The notes beneath the pieces were generated by a model, which searched no databases, was not told where the DNA came from, and worked only from the letters and a program-made list of their open reading frames with translations. 64,000 nt of DNA, taken from sequence record PZ172995.1; one strand, given 5' to 3'. Shown here one piece after another: positions 25,248 through 41,539 of the stretch. A program made the translations under genes and the position numbers. The stretch comes from a phage. Positions within the stretch are counted from its first letter, which is position 1. Every line of letters starts with the position of its first letter.

Positions 25248-25821
25248 AAAAGGTCTAGTTAGAACCTTAGTGGATGTTATTGGTCACAGACTAGCTCGTG
25301 ATAAAAATAATAGACCAAATGTAATTAGAGCTTACCCTTCTGATAACTCAAATGACAAAGGTTTAAAACCTGACCAGCCATTTATTACCGTATATTGTCA
25401 AGATGCTGCAACACCTTATGGTTGGGTTCTTGATAAATTTGTTGAAGATGATGTAGTTTGTTACAGAATTGCTTTTCAGATTCCTGTACTGATTACGGTA
25501 AATGGTAAAGGTGCTCACAGCATCATGCTTGAGCTTAAACAACGATTAGAGATGAGTTCAGTCAGAGATTTAATCCTTGAAGAAACAGGGGCTACAGTAC
25601 TAGACACTGGAGCAATCCCAAATGATTATACTTATCTCAATACAGATTTCGAAAATTCTGCACCTCTTGTTGTAACTCTTGTAAAAAATTCAGTCCTGAA
25701 AGATGAACGTGGGGGTATTATTGAACGTGTCATTGTCGATGGTGAATTGGTTTACGAAGAAGGACAAGAGCCACCAGAATATACTATCCATCTAGATGTA
25801 GACTCCAAAGGGGTAAAATAA
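25222..25821 (+). CDS. putative tail terminator or completion protein
   Basis: Synteny. Confidence 0.4.
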   Translation: MQLETAELEKGLVRTLVDVIGHRLARDKNNRPNVIRAYPSDNSNDKGLKPDQPFITVYCQDAATPYGWVLDKFVEDDVVCYRIAFQIPVLITVNGKGAHSIMLELKQRLEMSSVRDLILEETGATVLDTGAIPNDYTYLNTDFENSAPLVVTLVKNSVLKDERGGIIERVIVDGELVYEEGQEPPEYTIHLDVDSKGVK

Positions 25822-27174
25822 ATGTGGAATCCAATTGTTAATGTAGATATTACATTGAACACCGCAGGAACTACAAGAGAAGGTTTTGGGCTACCACTAT
25901 TTTTAGCTTCAACAGATAACTTTGAAGAAAGAGTCCGTGGTTACACTTCCTTAACTGAAGTTGCTGAAGATTTCGATGAAAATTCTGCTGCATATAAGGC
26001 TGCTAAACAACTTTGGAGTCAGACTCCTAAAGTAACTCAGCTTTATATTGGTAGACGTGCTATGCAGTACACTGTGTCAATTCCTGACTCTGTTACTGAA
26101 AGTACCGATTATTCTTTAACTGTAGCTGTTAGAGGTGGAGTTTCTCAACCATTCCAGTACACTTCACAGTCAGAAGATACTGCTGAGAAGGTGTTACAGC
26201 AGCTTAAAACACAGATTGAAGCAGAACCTTCTGTAAAAGACCTTGTTACTGTCAATGTAACTGGTACTGGTGGTTCAGCAACAATGGTAATCACCAAAGC
26301 TGGTGACAACGACTTCGTGAAGGTTACTACTACAGCACAAACAGTGTCAATTGCAAGTACAACTGCTGACACGGCATCGACTGCTCTGGCAGCTATTGAA
26401 GCTTATTCAACTGACTGGTATTTCATTGCAGCAGAAGACAGAACTCAACAGTTTGTCTTAGCAATGGCTTCTGAGATTCAAGCTCGCAAGAAGATTTTCT
26501 TTACAGCTAACTCCGATGTAGCAGCACTGCAAGGTACAGAATTAGCTAGTGCAAATGATGTTCCAGCACAACTTGCTAAGAATAAATACACTCGTACAGT
26601 TTGCTTGTGGCATCACACAGCAGCAGAAGACTATCCAGAAATGGCATACATTGCTTATGGTGCTCCATATGATGCAGGTTCAATTGCTTGGGGTAACGCA
26701 CAGTTAACTGGCGTAGCTGCTTCTCTACAGCCATCTAATCAGAGACCTCTGACAAGTATTCAGAAGTCAGCTTTAGATGCACGTCACTGTAACTTCATTG
26801 ACCTTGATGGTGGTGTTCCAGTGGTTCGTAGAGGGATTACTTCTGGTGGGGAATGGATTGATATCATTCGTGGTGTTGACTGGTTAGAATCAGACCTGAA
26901 AACTTCTCTGAGAGACTTGCTAATTAACCAGAAGGGTGGTAAGATTACTTATGATGATACTGGTATTACCCGTATTCGTCAAGTCATTGAAACCTCTCTA
27001 CAAAGAGCAGTCAACAGAAACTTCCTGTCATCTTACACAGTTAATGTTCCTAAAGCCTCTCAAGTTGCTTTAGCAGACAAGAAAGCTCGTATCCTGAAAG
27101 ATGTTACCTTCGCAGGTATCTTAGCAGGGGCTATCTTGGATGTTGACTTGAAAGGTACAGTGGCTTACGAATAA
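25822..27174 (+). CDS. tail sheath protein (putative)
   Basis: 450-aa protein directly followed by a 148-aa tube-like protein, a terminator, a chaperone pair and tape measure: canonical contractile-tail gene order. Confidence 0.6.
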   Translation: MWNPIVNVDITLNTAGTTREGFGLPLFLASTDNFEERVRGYTSLTEVAEDFDENSAAYKAAKQLWSQTPKVTQLYIGRRAMQYTVSIPDSVTESTDYSLTVAVRGGVSQPFQYTSQSEDTAEKVLQQLKTQIEAEPSVKDLVTVNVTGTGGSATMVITKAGDNDFVKVTTTAQTVSIASTTADTASTALAAIEAYSTDWYFIAAEDRTQQFVLAMASEIQARKKIFFTANSDVAALQGTELASANDVPAQLAKNKYTRTVCLWHHTAAEDYPEMAYIAYGAPYDAGSIAWGNAQLTGVAASLQPSNQRPLTSIQKSALDARHCNFIDLDGGVPVVRRGITSGGEWIDIIRGVDWLESDLKTSLRDLLINQKGGKITYDDTGITRIRQVIETSLQRAVNRNFLSSYTVNVPKASQVALADKKARILKDVTFAGILAGAILDVDLKGTVAYE

Positions 27175-27189
27175 TAGAGGTAAATTGGA

Positions 27190-27636
27190 ATGGCTATGTA
27201 TCAGCAATATTCCCCTAAAGACGTTGTGTGTAGCTGGAATGGTATTGCCATTGAAGGCTTTGCCCCAGACTCATTTTTACGTCTACAGAGAACATCACCA
27301 CTTGTGACACCAGTTGTAGGTGCAGGTGGTCAAGTTGCTCTGACAAGAAATGCAGACAAGACAGGTACTATTGAGATTGAGCTAATGCAGACTTCTCTCT
27401 CTAATCAGATGCTTTCTGCAATTCAAGCTAAACAAGACAATATGGAACTTGAAGAAGATATCTCTTCTAACTTCGTAATCTACGACCCATCAGGCTCTGT
27501 TCTGGCAACTGGTATTAATGCTTGGTTGCAGGAACTACCACAGATTGAACTTGGTCGTGACCAGAACTCTAAAACTTGGATTTTTGGTTGTGAGAAGCTA
27601 GACTACACTTCTACAATTCCAGCGTCAAGTGTTTAA
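27190..27636 (+). CDS. tail tube protein (putative)
   Basis: 148-aa protein after sheath; synteny. Confidence 0.6.
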   Translation: MAMYQQYSPKDVVCSWNGIAIEGFAPDSFLRLQRTSPLVTPVVGAGGQVALTRNADKTGTIEIELMQTSLSNQMLSAIQAKQDNMELEEDISSNFVIYDPSGSVLATGINAWLQELPQIELGRDQNSKTWIFGCEKLDYTSTIPASSV

Positions 27637-27648
27637 TAAATCCTATAA

Positions 27649-27680
27649 GGGGGAGACTTTAAAAGGTCTTCCCCTTTTTT
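27649..27680 (+). terminator. Rho-independent terminator after sheath/tube genes
   Basis: GGGGGAGAC-loop-GTCTTCCCC followed by TTTTTT. Confidence 0.75.
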
Positions 27681-27709
27681 GTTTCTTTTAAAAGTATTAA
27701 GGAATCACA

Positions 27710-28108
27710 ATGAAAACAGAAGCTAGAGTAATTAATGGTAAGAAAGTAAATATCGTTCTGCTTGGGGCAAGAGATGGTATTAAGATGTCTATGAAGCTGG
27801 GTAAAATTGTTGTTCCAACCTTTGCACAGATGCTGTCAAGCCTGACTGATAAAGATAAGAAAGAAGCTCCAATGGTTCCATTTAAAGAACTTGTTGAAGC
27901 TTGTTTTGACAGAATTGAAGAAATTAACCTTGAAGAAATGGCTACCCTGTTATTTCAAGGGGCAACTGTTGATGACTTCCCACTTAATATTGATACATAC
28001 TTCCAAGCAAACTATGGTGAATTTATTGATTACTTAGCATTTGCGCTGGAGGCAAACTTCGGAAGTTTTTTCGAAGCAAGCATTTTCAAAAGCCTAACTT
28101 CTCAGTAA
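27710..28108 (+). CDS. tail assembly chaperone (G-like)
   Basis: Position between tube and tape measure; slippery TTTTTTC near 3' end. Confidence 0.6.
   Translation: MKTEARVINGKKVNIVLLGARDGIKMSMKLGKIVVPTFAQMLSSLTDKDKKEAPMVPFKELVEACFDRIEEINLEEMATLLFQGATVDDFPLNIDTYFQANYGEFIDYLAFALEANFGSFFEASIFKSLTSQ
28066..28072 (+). other. candidate -1 programmed ribosomal frameshift site (T_TTT_TTC)
   Basis: Heptamer in the zero frame of 27710..28108; the -1 frame runs open from here into 28111..28350. Confidence 0.55.
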
Positions 28109-28110
28109 AC

Positions 28111-28349
28111 ATGGGTAACACTCTACAGACACCACTAACTGATGCTGCTGTAGAGGCAACCTATGAAGAAGCAGACGAGATGAAATTTGTGCTTGCTATT
28201 TATGGTATGGAAGGGTGTAAAGAAACACTTGACCAACTCTTTGCTATGACATTCTCTGATTTATTATCATTGAGACAATTTCTTGAAATTCAGAGGTCGT
28301 ATAAAGAGGAAATTGCTTACAACGAACTTAGAAGAGCAGGAAAAATGTA

Positions 28350-28350
<1 letters not shown>
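28111..28350 (+). CDS. tail assembly chaperone extension (T-like; probably expressed as G-T fusion by -1 frameshift)
   Basis: -1 frame relative to upstream gene; no stop between slippery site and this ORF. Confidence 0.55.
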
Positions 28351-33737
<5,387 letters not shown>

Positions 33738-33738
<1 letters not shown>

Positions 33739-35207
33739 TGGCAGGACTAACTACAACAGGATTACAAACTCTAAGATATCAGGAGATTTTTGATAATATC
33801 AAATCAAGACTTCTTAGAGATATTTCACCAAACCTTGACGTTTCTGAAGATAGTCAATTAGGACTCTTCCTAGCTTCAATTGCAAGGTCTTTAGCAGATA
33901 CCCATGAGATTCTATCAGAAGTCTATGACGGTGGAACAATTGACAAGGCCGAAGGCTTTAACCTTGATGATATTACAGCTTTAAATGCTGTATATAGATA
34001 TGTTGCTCAGGCAACAAGAGGTCAGGTAGAGTTTACTGGAACGACTGGTGCTACCATTCCTTCAACAACAAGATTAAGAAGTACTGCCGGAAATATCTTT
34101 TATCCAGTTAACAACATTACCCTAACCCCATCATATTGTGTTGAAGCTGTCCTTGAAGTTAACTCTTTACGAACTGATGCAGATTATGTTATTATTATTG
34201 ATAACGTCATTTTCTCATATAAACCAACCTCATCAGACACAATCACCACACTTCTAACAAAATTAGCAGAAGCTATTAATGGTGGTATTGTAGCAAAGGC
34301 AGAAGTCATTAATGATGGAGCATCATTGAGAGTCTATAAAGATGAGGGTGATATCATTGCCAGAACAAACCCTATGGTTGTCACTGCGACAACATTTCTG
34401 ACCTTTACAAAAATTACAACTATTTCAGATGTAGTAGCTGAAGAGGTGGGTGCTACCCCTGCTTTGGCTGGTACGCTTATTGAGATTGAGACAACTGTTG
34501 ATGGTCTTGACAGTATTTATAACAGATATGACTTAACAACTGGTAGAAACGAAGAAACTGACACAGAACTGAGACAGAGATATTTAGAATCCTTAGCAGT
34601 TACTGGTGTGGGGACTTTAGATGCAATTGTAGCTGCTGTTAAAAGAGTTCAAGGTGTCTCAGATGCTTCAGGTGTTGAAAATGATACTGAAGAGACAAAC
34701 TCAGAAGGTCTTCCACCAAAATCTTTTAAGATTGTCGTAGTTGGTGGTCAAAATGATAATGTAGCTCAGGCAATCTGGGATACAAAACCTGCTGGTATTA
34801 GAGCTTATGGTTCAATTTTTGGTACAGCCTATGATTTAGGTGGTTTAGCACATAATATCTATTTTAGCAGACCAACACCAAAATACGCATTTGTTAAAGT
34901 CTCTTACTCTTTATATGATGAAGAAAGCTTGACAATCCCTGAAGAAGATATCAGAGACAGTATTGTACAAGGTATTAATGCCTACGGAAGAACTCTTAAG
35001 GTTGGTAATGACGTTATCCCTAACAGAATCTATGGATATATCTATGACGTAATTAAAGGTATTGAGATTAATGAAGTTAAAGTAGCATTATCAAACAGTC
35101 AATCAGTTCCACCTAGTGACGGACAGTATACTACAGCAAGAATTACTGTTGACGGTGACCAATATACTGTTTGGGAAAGCAGCCAGTATACCATCACTAA
35201 GGAGTAA
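33738..35207 (+). CDS. putative baseplate protein (gpJ-like, by position)
   Basis: 489 aa; synteny. Confidence 0.4.
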
Positions 35208-35209
35208 TA

Positions 35210-36064
35210 ATGTTTGAAAAGATTGATAGTGTTTATTACAAAACACTTGATGAACGAACTGTAACACAGTTTAAAGATAAGTTTATCTACACAAGCATCT
35301 TGAAAGCAATCACTGATGAGTTACAAACACTAGAGGATGTTTGCTGGCAGATGCACACAGAGAGAAATATCAGGACATCAGTAGGTCAACAACTTGATAA
35401 TATTGGCTCACTGATTAAAGTTCCTAGACCTTTAGGTGCTGATGATGAAACATATAGAGCTATGCTTTATATCCAAATCTTCCTAAGACGCTCTGACACT
35501 ACTCCAACATTCTTGCAAAAAGCAATTATGACACTGTATGGTGCAACTTTCTCTCAGATTTTTGAGCATATTACTCCTAAGACTGGTGGTATCGTTATCC
35601 GTATCAACACTAGGAAAAGCGTTCTAGATGCTGCATATACACTGTCAAAGATTTCTGCAACAACTACTGGTTCTGCTGTTATCTTAAGAGATGTTACTTT
35701 AAAAGGAACTGCTTGGACACCTGTAGAGGTTGCTGATTCAGCACTTGCCATTGTTGATGATAAAGAGAACTGGTTTGTAACTGATGCTAACAGAGGTCTT
35801 GTCACAAATAACACTGGTGGCTCTCTGGAGTCCAACCTAGTAGGAAGTCTTGCAGATGCTGGTGTTATTGATGGTTACTTTAAGGTTGACAGAACAGCAA
35901 ACTCACAGAGTGATGATTACATGACTGTAGATAGGTCTAATAATAGTGGATATTTCATCGTTGGTAAAGAAGCTGTTGCAGGTGGTGCATACGGAATCAT
36001 GGCTGAGGTTGCACAAATTGTCAAAGGCAGAAAAGATAAATCACAACAAGAAGGAAATTCTTAA
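35210..36064 (+). CDS. putative baseplate or tail-fibre attachment protein
   Basis: 284 aa; synteny. Confidence 0.4.
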   Translation: MFEKIDSVYYKTLDERTVTQFKDKFIYTSILKAITDELQTLEDVCWQMHTERNIRTSVGQQLDNIGSLIKVPRPLGADDETYRAMLYIQIFLRRSDTTPTFLQKAIMTLYGATFSQIFEHITPKTGGIVIRINTRKSVLDAAYTLSKISATTTGSAVILRDVTLKGTAWTPVEVADSALAIVDDKENWFVTDANRGLVTNNTGGSLESNLVGSLADAGVIDGYFKVDRTANSQSDDYMTVDRSNNSGYFIVGKEAVAGGAYGIMAEVAQIVKGRKDKSQQEGNS

Positions 36065-36366
36065 TGGCAGTTTTAAATTGGTCTACAAATGAAGTGGATA
36101 CTGATGGTAATCAGTTAAAAGTTTTACCACCACCGGAAATTCAAGAGACAGGTCTTTTAAAGGGTGAGCCTATGGGTAGACAGTGGTTCAACTATATTAT
36201 CAACTACCTGCTGAATAAAGTAAACGGCACTGTTGGTGAAGTTCGCTCATATGCAACTGAGCAACCAGATTTAGTGGCTAATGGCTGGAATCTAATTAAG
36301 TCTGAGACAGGGACTGCATCAACAAGCACAAGAAACCTTTACACATATGAATATGTAGGAGCTTAA
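36064..36366 (+). CDS. hypothetical tail protein
   Basis: ORF, overlapping start/stop. Confidence 0.45.
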   Translation: MAVLNWSTNEVDTDGNQLKVLPPPEIQETGLLKGEPMGRQWFNYIINYLLNKVNGTVGEVRSYATEQPDLVANGWNLIKSETGTASTSTRNLYTYEYVGA

Positions 36367-36368
36367 TA

Positions 36369-37544
36369 ATGGCAGTAGGTGAAATTCAAATTAGTGCCTT
36401 GCCACAAGCGGCCTTACCAATTGATTTGAGTGATATCTTCCATCTTAAGCAAGGTGTTGAGGATAAAAGATGTACGCTTGAACAGTTGTTAGCACCTCAC
36501 GCATCTTTGAGGAATAATCCTCATGGTGTAACTAAATCACAAGTAGGTCTTGATAATGTTATTAACTCTCTTCAATTAGTTGCAGCTAATAACTTGTCAG
36601 ATATTGTAAATGTTGCTGAGGCAAGAGCAAATCTACAAATTATGTCGTCAGAGGAAGTGAATAACTTAATTCAGCAACATATTGACGACAAAAGTAACCC
36701 ACACAACACAACGAAAGCACAGGTTGGTTTAAGTAATGTTCAGAACTGGACAACATCCAACCTGTACAATGAAGATGCTGATAAATATGCTACCGCGAGA
36801 GCAGTGAATAATCTATACAAAGCTATCCAAGCATCATATCCAGTGGGGACTATTCATCTGTCTGTTAACTCTGCTAACCCATCCACTTACTTGCTTTGTG
36901 GAGGTACTTGGGAGTTGGTTTCTAAAGGTAGGGCGCTTGTTGGTTATGATACAGAAGCTAGACCTGTTGGTTCAACGTTCGGTTCTCAGACTGTAGCATT
37001 AACAAATAATAATTTACCAGCACACACCCACTCTATCTATTTAACAGGTGGTGGTCACACACACTCTGCAAGCGTATCTATCTCTAGTTTTGATTATGGT
37101 TCAAAAAGTACATCAACTTTTGATTACGGTACAAAAACGACTAATAGTGCTGGTGCTCACACTCACACGTTTAGCGGCACGACAAGTAATGATGGTAACC
37201 ATAACCATAGAGTACCACTGAGAGGTAATGATAGAAGTGGGGGGGATGCTATTACTGCATCTGCTTATGCTGGGGTTAATAATAATACGTATACTGATTT
37301 AGCAGGTGCTCACACCCATAGCTTCTCAGGCACAACTGCATCATCTGGTGCTCATAACCATACTGTTGCAATTGGTGCTCATAGCCACACTGTTAATATT
37401 GGTTCACACAGTCATACGGGCACTGTTACTGTCTCTAGCTCTGAACATACACACTCAGGAACATCTGGTTCTGTTGGTGGTGGTCAAGCTTTCAGTGTTG
37501 AGCAGCCATCTTTTGTCGTGTATGTATGGCAGAGAACAGCTTAA
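36369..37544 (+). CDS. tail fibre protein with His-rich HxH repeat tip
   Basis: C-terminal AHTHS, GHTHS, AHTHTF, NHNH, AHSHTV, SHSHTG repeats; terminal motif shared with the next gene. Confidence 0.7.
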   Translation: MAVGEIQISALPQAALPIDLSDIFHLKQGVEDKRCTLEQLLAPHASLRNNPHGVTKSQVGLDNVINSLQLVAANNLSDIVNVAEARANLQIMSSEEVNNLIQQHIDDKSNPHNTTKAQVGLSNVQNWTTSNLYNEDADKYATARAVNNLYKAIQASYPVGTIHLSVNSANPSTYLLCGGTWELVSKGRALVGYDTEARPVGSTFGSQTVALTNNNLPAHTHSIYLTGGGHTHSASVSISSFDYGSKSTSTFDYGTKTTNSAGAHTHTFSGTTSNDGNHNHRVPLRGNDRSGGDAITASAYAGVNNNTYTDLAGAHTHSFSGTTASSGAHNHTVAIGAHSHTVNIGSHSHTGTVTVSSSEHTHSGTSGSVGGGQAFSVEQPSFVVYVWQRTA

Positions 37545-37590
37545 TTTCTTTACAGGGGCTTTGTAGCCCCTTTTAAGAGGAAAATTCATA

Positions 37591-39957
37591 ATGGCAGATT
37601 ACAAATTGAGTCAGTTAAACTCAATCGACACAATTCGTTCAGAAGACCTATTGCATATCAGAGTTAAGAAAAGACCTGAAATGTTGGGTGACGAAGACCG
37701 TAGAATGACCTATCAAGACTTCTTAGCTTCCTTCAAACTAGAAAGGTTTGTTCAGATTGCTGGGAGTAATATGACTGGGGATTTAGGTATTGTCAAGCTA
37801 CTTTACGGTGGAAAGATTGTATTTGACCCTACAGGCTCTTCTGAGATTACTATTGGGGATGTTTTAAAGACTTTTAAACTTAATGCAAGTGGCCTTAAAC
37901 TCACTATTGCAGACTCTTCAAGGTCAGCAACTGTTTATCACACTCTGAATAAGCCAAGCCCTAATGAGCTTGGTATGAGAACTAATGAAGAGAATGATGC
38001 AAGATATGCAAGGCTTGCTGCAAATAACATCTTTACATCCCAACAGACTATCCAAGCAAATGGTGAAGGTATTAGGTTAAAAAACTCTTCTGAGAACTCA
38101 CCGTTGTATATCAGAGGTCAGGATAGTGCTGGTGAGAATAGATGGTATATCGGTAATGGTTCAGGGGGTGATAATGTTACTATCCGCAACCACAAGACAG
38201 ACTGTGAAGTTATTCTATCTAGTGTCGTGGCTATCAATAAAACATTAAGCATCACTGGTCAAGTCAAACCTTCAGATTTCTCTAACTTAGATGCTAGATA
38301 CTTCACTCAGACAGTTGCTAATCAGAGATTTGCACAGTTAGCTGGTAATAACACTTTTACAGGTGCTAATACATTTAGGACTATGAGTATTATCTCAAAT
38401 GCTGCTGCTATCACACTACAATGTGCATCAGCAAATGAATCCCTGTATCTACTTGCAAAAGATTATCAAGGTGGTAACTTATGGTATGTTGGTAAAGGTA
38501 GCTCAGGTGATGGTGTAACTATCTACAACTATACCACTAACACCTCTTTGGTCTTAGATGCTGCTGGAGTATCAGCAAATAAAAATGTCAGAATCACTGG
38601 TCAAGTTCAACCTTCTGATTGGGCTAATATTGACTCTAGATACATTCCAGCAGGAACTTTGAGTAACCTTGCTAAACTGAGTGATGTGAATACTTTTAGG
38701 TCTGCGCAAGTTATTAAACAGAATGGTCCAGTGTTGCAGCTAAGGAATACTATTCAGGACAGGGAGCTATATATCTCTGCTCATAATGCTGATGATGTTA
38801 GAAAGTGGTACATCGGTAACGGGGATGCTAACCCAGCAAGGCTTATTATCCACAACGACAGAACTGCAACTACGATTTATATGCAAGACGATTTCTTGCT
38901 GAATAAAACAGTTAGAATCACTGGTCAAGTCCAACCTTCAGATTTCTCTAACTTAGATGCTAGATATTATACGCAATCTGTAGCAAACTCTAGGTACATG
39001 CTTGCTGTCTCTACTGGTTCTGGTACAGAGGCTGGTGATGGTGATGGTATTGCTTGGAATGCTAGGACTGGTCTGTATAATGTTACAGGGAAATCTGGTT
39101 GTTCAACACAGCTAGTTTATCAAATGTTTATCGGTGGTGGCTCAACACCAACTGCACAGTTGAAGTTTAGCTACAGGAATGGTGGTGTCTGGTATAGGAC
39201 AGCAAGAGATGGCTATGGATTTGAGAATAGCTGGGCTAAAATCTATACAGACCAAGATAAGCCAACCCCTTCAGATATCGGTGCATACACTAAAGCTGAA
39301 ACTGACCAGAAGATTGCAGAAGCAATTAGTGACTCTACAGACCTGAATAAAATCTATCCAGTAGGTATTGTAACGTGGTTTAACAGTAATGTTAACCCTA
39401 ATACAGCACTTCCTGGTCTAACTTGGACGTACCTGAATAATGGTGTTGGCAGAACTATTAGGATTGCAGCAGCAAATGGTTCAGATGTTGCTACAACTGG
39501 TGGTTCAGACTCTGTAACGTTATCTGTTGGTAACTTACCTTCACACACACATAGTTTCTCTGCTACCACTTCATCATTTGATTATGGTACTAAGACTTCT
39601 AGCACAACTGGTAACCATAACCACAACAGAGGTAACATGGAAATTTCTGGTGTGGTTGGTTGGTTCAGAAGTGATAACAGTGCATTCTACACTGCGAGCG
39701 GTGCGTTTCAGATGGGTAGTTCTCAGGCTTCACATGGCTTCACAGGCTCTAACTTCACTTACGGTGCTGCTGCTGATTTCCACGCGTCAAGAACTTGGAC
39801 AGGTGTAACCAACACAACTGGCAACCACGCGCACACTGTTGGTATTGGTGCTCACAGCCACACAGTTAGCGGTAACACAGGTGGTACTGGTTCTGGTTCA
39901 GCATTTAGCGTCACTAACCAGTTCTACAAGTTAATGGCTTGGGTAAGGACTGCTTAA
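37591..39957 (+). CDS. long tail fibre protein with internal repeats and His-rich HxH repeat tip
   Basis: 788 aa; repeated ITGQVxPSD(F/W)SNLD(A/S)RY modules; C-terminal SHTHSF, NHNHN, NHAHTV, AHSHTV motifs. Confidence 0.75.
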   Translation: MADYKLSQLNSIDTIRSEDLLHIRVKKRPEMLGDEDRRMTYQDFLASFKLERFVQIAGSNMTGDLGIVKLLYGGKIVFDPTGSSEITIGDVLKTFKLNASGLKLTIADSSRSATVYHTLNKPSPNELGMRTNEENDARYARLAANNIFTSQQTIQANGEGIRLKNSSENSPLYIRGQDSAGENRWYIGNGSGGDNVTIRNHKTDCEVILSSVVAINKTLSITGQVKPSDFSNLDARYFTQTVANQRFAQLAGNNTFTGANTFRTMSIISNAAAITLQCASANESLYLLAKDYQGGNLWYVGKGSSGDGVTIYNYTTNTSLVLDAAGVSANKNVRITGQVQPSDWANIDSRYIPAGTLSNLAKLSDVNTFRSAQVIKQNGPVLQLRNTIQDRELYISAHNADDVRKWYIGNGDANPARLIIHNDRTATTIYMQDDFLLNKTVRITGQVQPSDFSNLDARYYTQSVANSRYMLAVSTGSGTEAGDGDGIAWNARTGLYNVTGKSGCSTQLVYQMFIGGGSTPTAQLKFSYRNGGVWYRTARDGYGFENSWAKIYTDQDKPTPSDIGAYTKAETDQKIAEAISDSTDLNKIYPVGIVTWFNSNVNPNTALPGLTWTYLNNGVGRTIRIAAANGSDVATTGGSDSVTLSVGNLPSHTHSFSATTSSFDYGTKTSSTTGNHNHNRGNMEISGVVGWFRSDNSAFYTASGAFQMGSSQASHGFTGSNFTYGAAADFHASRTWTGVTNTTGNHAHTVGIGAHSHTVSGNTGGTGSGSAFSVTNQFYKLMAWVRTA

Positions 39958-40036
39958 TCCCTTGTTGACTGATTGTTAAGATGGTGTTAATATTCTTTAT
40001 GGGTATTCTCACCATCTTGGCTGATGAGGTGATTAA

Positions 40037-40234
40037 ATGCCTACAATCCTAGCAATTCTTCTAAAAAATCTAGGTAGCTTCTTCTGGAAACTCATTTTAT
40101 CCCTTCTAAGTGAATACATGATTGAGAAAGTGTTCTTTAAGCTTGCAAGATATCTTGCTAGTAAGACAGACACACCTATTGATGATGAGTTCGTAGATAA
40201 CTTAGAAAAAGCTTTTAAGGGGGAGAATAAATGA
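40037..40234 (+). CDS. hypothetical small protein with hydrophobic N-terminus
   Basis: 65 aa, ILAILLKNLGSFFWKLILSLL segment. Confidence 0.45.
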   Translation: MPTILAILLKNLGSFFWKLILSLLSEYMIEKVFFKLARYLASKTDTPIDDEFVDNLEKAFKGENK

Positions 40235-40602
40235 AGTGGCTAGAGGAAGCTTTTAAAAATAATATTGGTGCAATTGTAGTTGGTATTTTTAGTGTTATTG
40301 GGATGTATACCACGATGCAAGTTTCAAGTGGTAAACAAGAAGTGTCTATCACAACAAAATTACAGCAGCTAGATAATTATTCCAAAAGTAATTATTCAGC
40401 TATTCGTGATTTACAGTCTGATATGAGGCTGCTTCAGCTAGGGATGGAGAACCAGAAAGTCCAGTTAGAGAATGTTAAGGGTGAGAACGCAAAACTTACT
40501 AAGACTCTTGATAAATTCTCTGATAGTGTGAACAATCTGGCTCAATCAGTATCAGCCCTCCAAGCTATTACTGAAAAGAACACAAAGAATACTGAAAAGT
40601 AA
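40231..40602 (+). CDS. hypothetical membrane-anchored coiled-coil protein
   Basis: N-terminal TM IGAIVVGIFSVIGMY then heptad-like region. Confidence 0.5.
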   Translation: MKWLEEAFKNNIGAIVVGIFSVIGMYTTMQVSSGKQEVSITTKLQQLDNYSKSNYSAIRDLQSDMRLLQLGMENQKVQLENVKGENAKLTKTLDKFSDSVNNLAQSVSALQAITEKNTKNTEK

Positions 40603-40607
40603 AGTTT

Positions 40608-40637
40608 AAGGCTCCTTTTTACGGGAGCCTTTTTTGT
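40608..40637. terminator. bidirectional Rho-independent terminator between convergent late and replication blocks
   Basis: AGGCTCC-loop-GGAGCCT with T-runs on both strands. Confidence 0.75.
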
Positions 40638-40638
40638 T

Positions 40639-41538
40639 TTATTTACCTACTGATAAAGGTGCTTCAATCTTTCCTGCATGTTGGTAGTTGTTAATTCCAC
40701 CGATAAAGTCACTTGCAGTGAGATGTTTTAGGTCACTTAAAGTATTAAGTTGTAAACCAATCTCAAAAGTAGGTGCATGAAACTCTTCATTGTTCATCAG
40801 TTCATAAACCTGCTTCATATGATTCTGATAAATCTGAGTATCTCCAAAGACACCTATCAAGTACCGTGGAGTGTATCCAGTCATCTTACAAAGAACTTCC
40901 AGAATAAAACCGTAAGATGCAATATTGAATGGAAGTCCTAAAAAGGTGTCTACTGAACGCTGATACCATTGTAAGTCAACTTCACCCTCGTTAGTAATAT
41001 AAATCTGAAACAGAACATGACAAGGTGCTAGAGCCATTGAGTTTGCTGCAATATCTGCTGCATTCCAAGCATTAACAAGCATGTAACGGTCTGTGATATC
41101 ACCCTTCATCTTTGTTACTAAGGTCTCTAACTGGTCTACAACACAACCGTTATGACCTTCAAAGTTTCTCCACTGAACTCCGTAGATTCTTCCACCTGCA
41201 TCCTCTAACCAATCTTGTTCAGAAGAATAATTAGAGCTTAACCAGCGTTTAAAATCATCTGACCAGATAGTCCAACGTTCCCCATCATTTTCACCCCAAG
41301 TGCGGTAACGGAGTTCACCAAGCTTATTCTCACCGTTCAGGAACCATAAAGCTTCCCCAATAACTTGCCGTGTAAACACCTGTTTAGATGTTAAGAGCGG
41401 GAAACCAGTTCGCATATCAAAACGAAACTGAGGTGGAGCAAATGCAGAGATAACATCTCCAGTTCGTGTAGTACGCAGTTCGCCAACTGATAAAACATGG
41501 TTCAGGATATTTTTGTAACTTGAATCTGCTTGTGACAT
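40639..41538 (-). CDS. thyA: thymidylate synthase
   Basis: LAPCHVLFQ active-site region and QRSVD motif in the 299-aa translation; adjacent DHFR. Confidence 0.85.
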   Translation of the reverse strand: MSQADSSYKNILNHVLSVGELRTTRTGDVISAFAPPQFRFDMRTGFPLLTSKQVFTRQVIGEALWFLNGENKLGELRYRTWGENDGERWTIWSDDFKRWLSSNYSSEQDWLEDAGGRIYGVQWRNFEGHNGCVVDQLETLVTKMKGDITDRYMLVNAWNAADIAANSMALAPCHVLFQIYITNEGEVDLQWYQRSVDTFLGLPFNIASYGFILEVLCKMTGYTPRYLIGVFGDTQIYQNHMKQVYELMNNEEFHAPTFEIGLQLNTLSDLKHLTASDFIGGINNYQHAGKIEAPLSVGK

Positions 41539-41539
41539 A

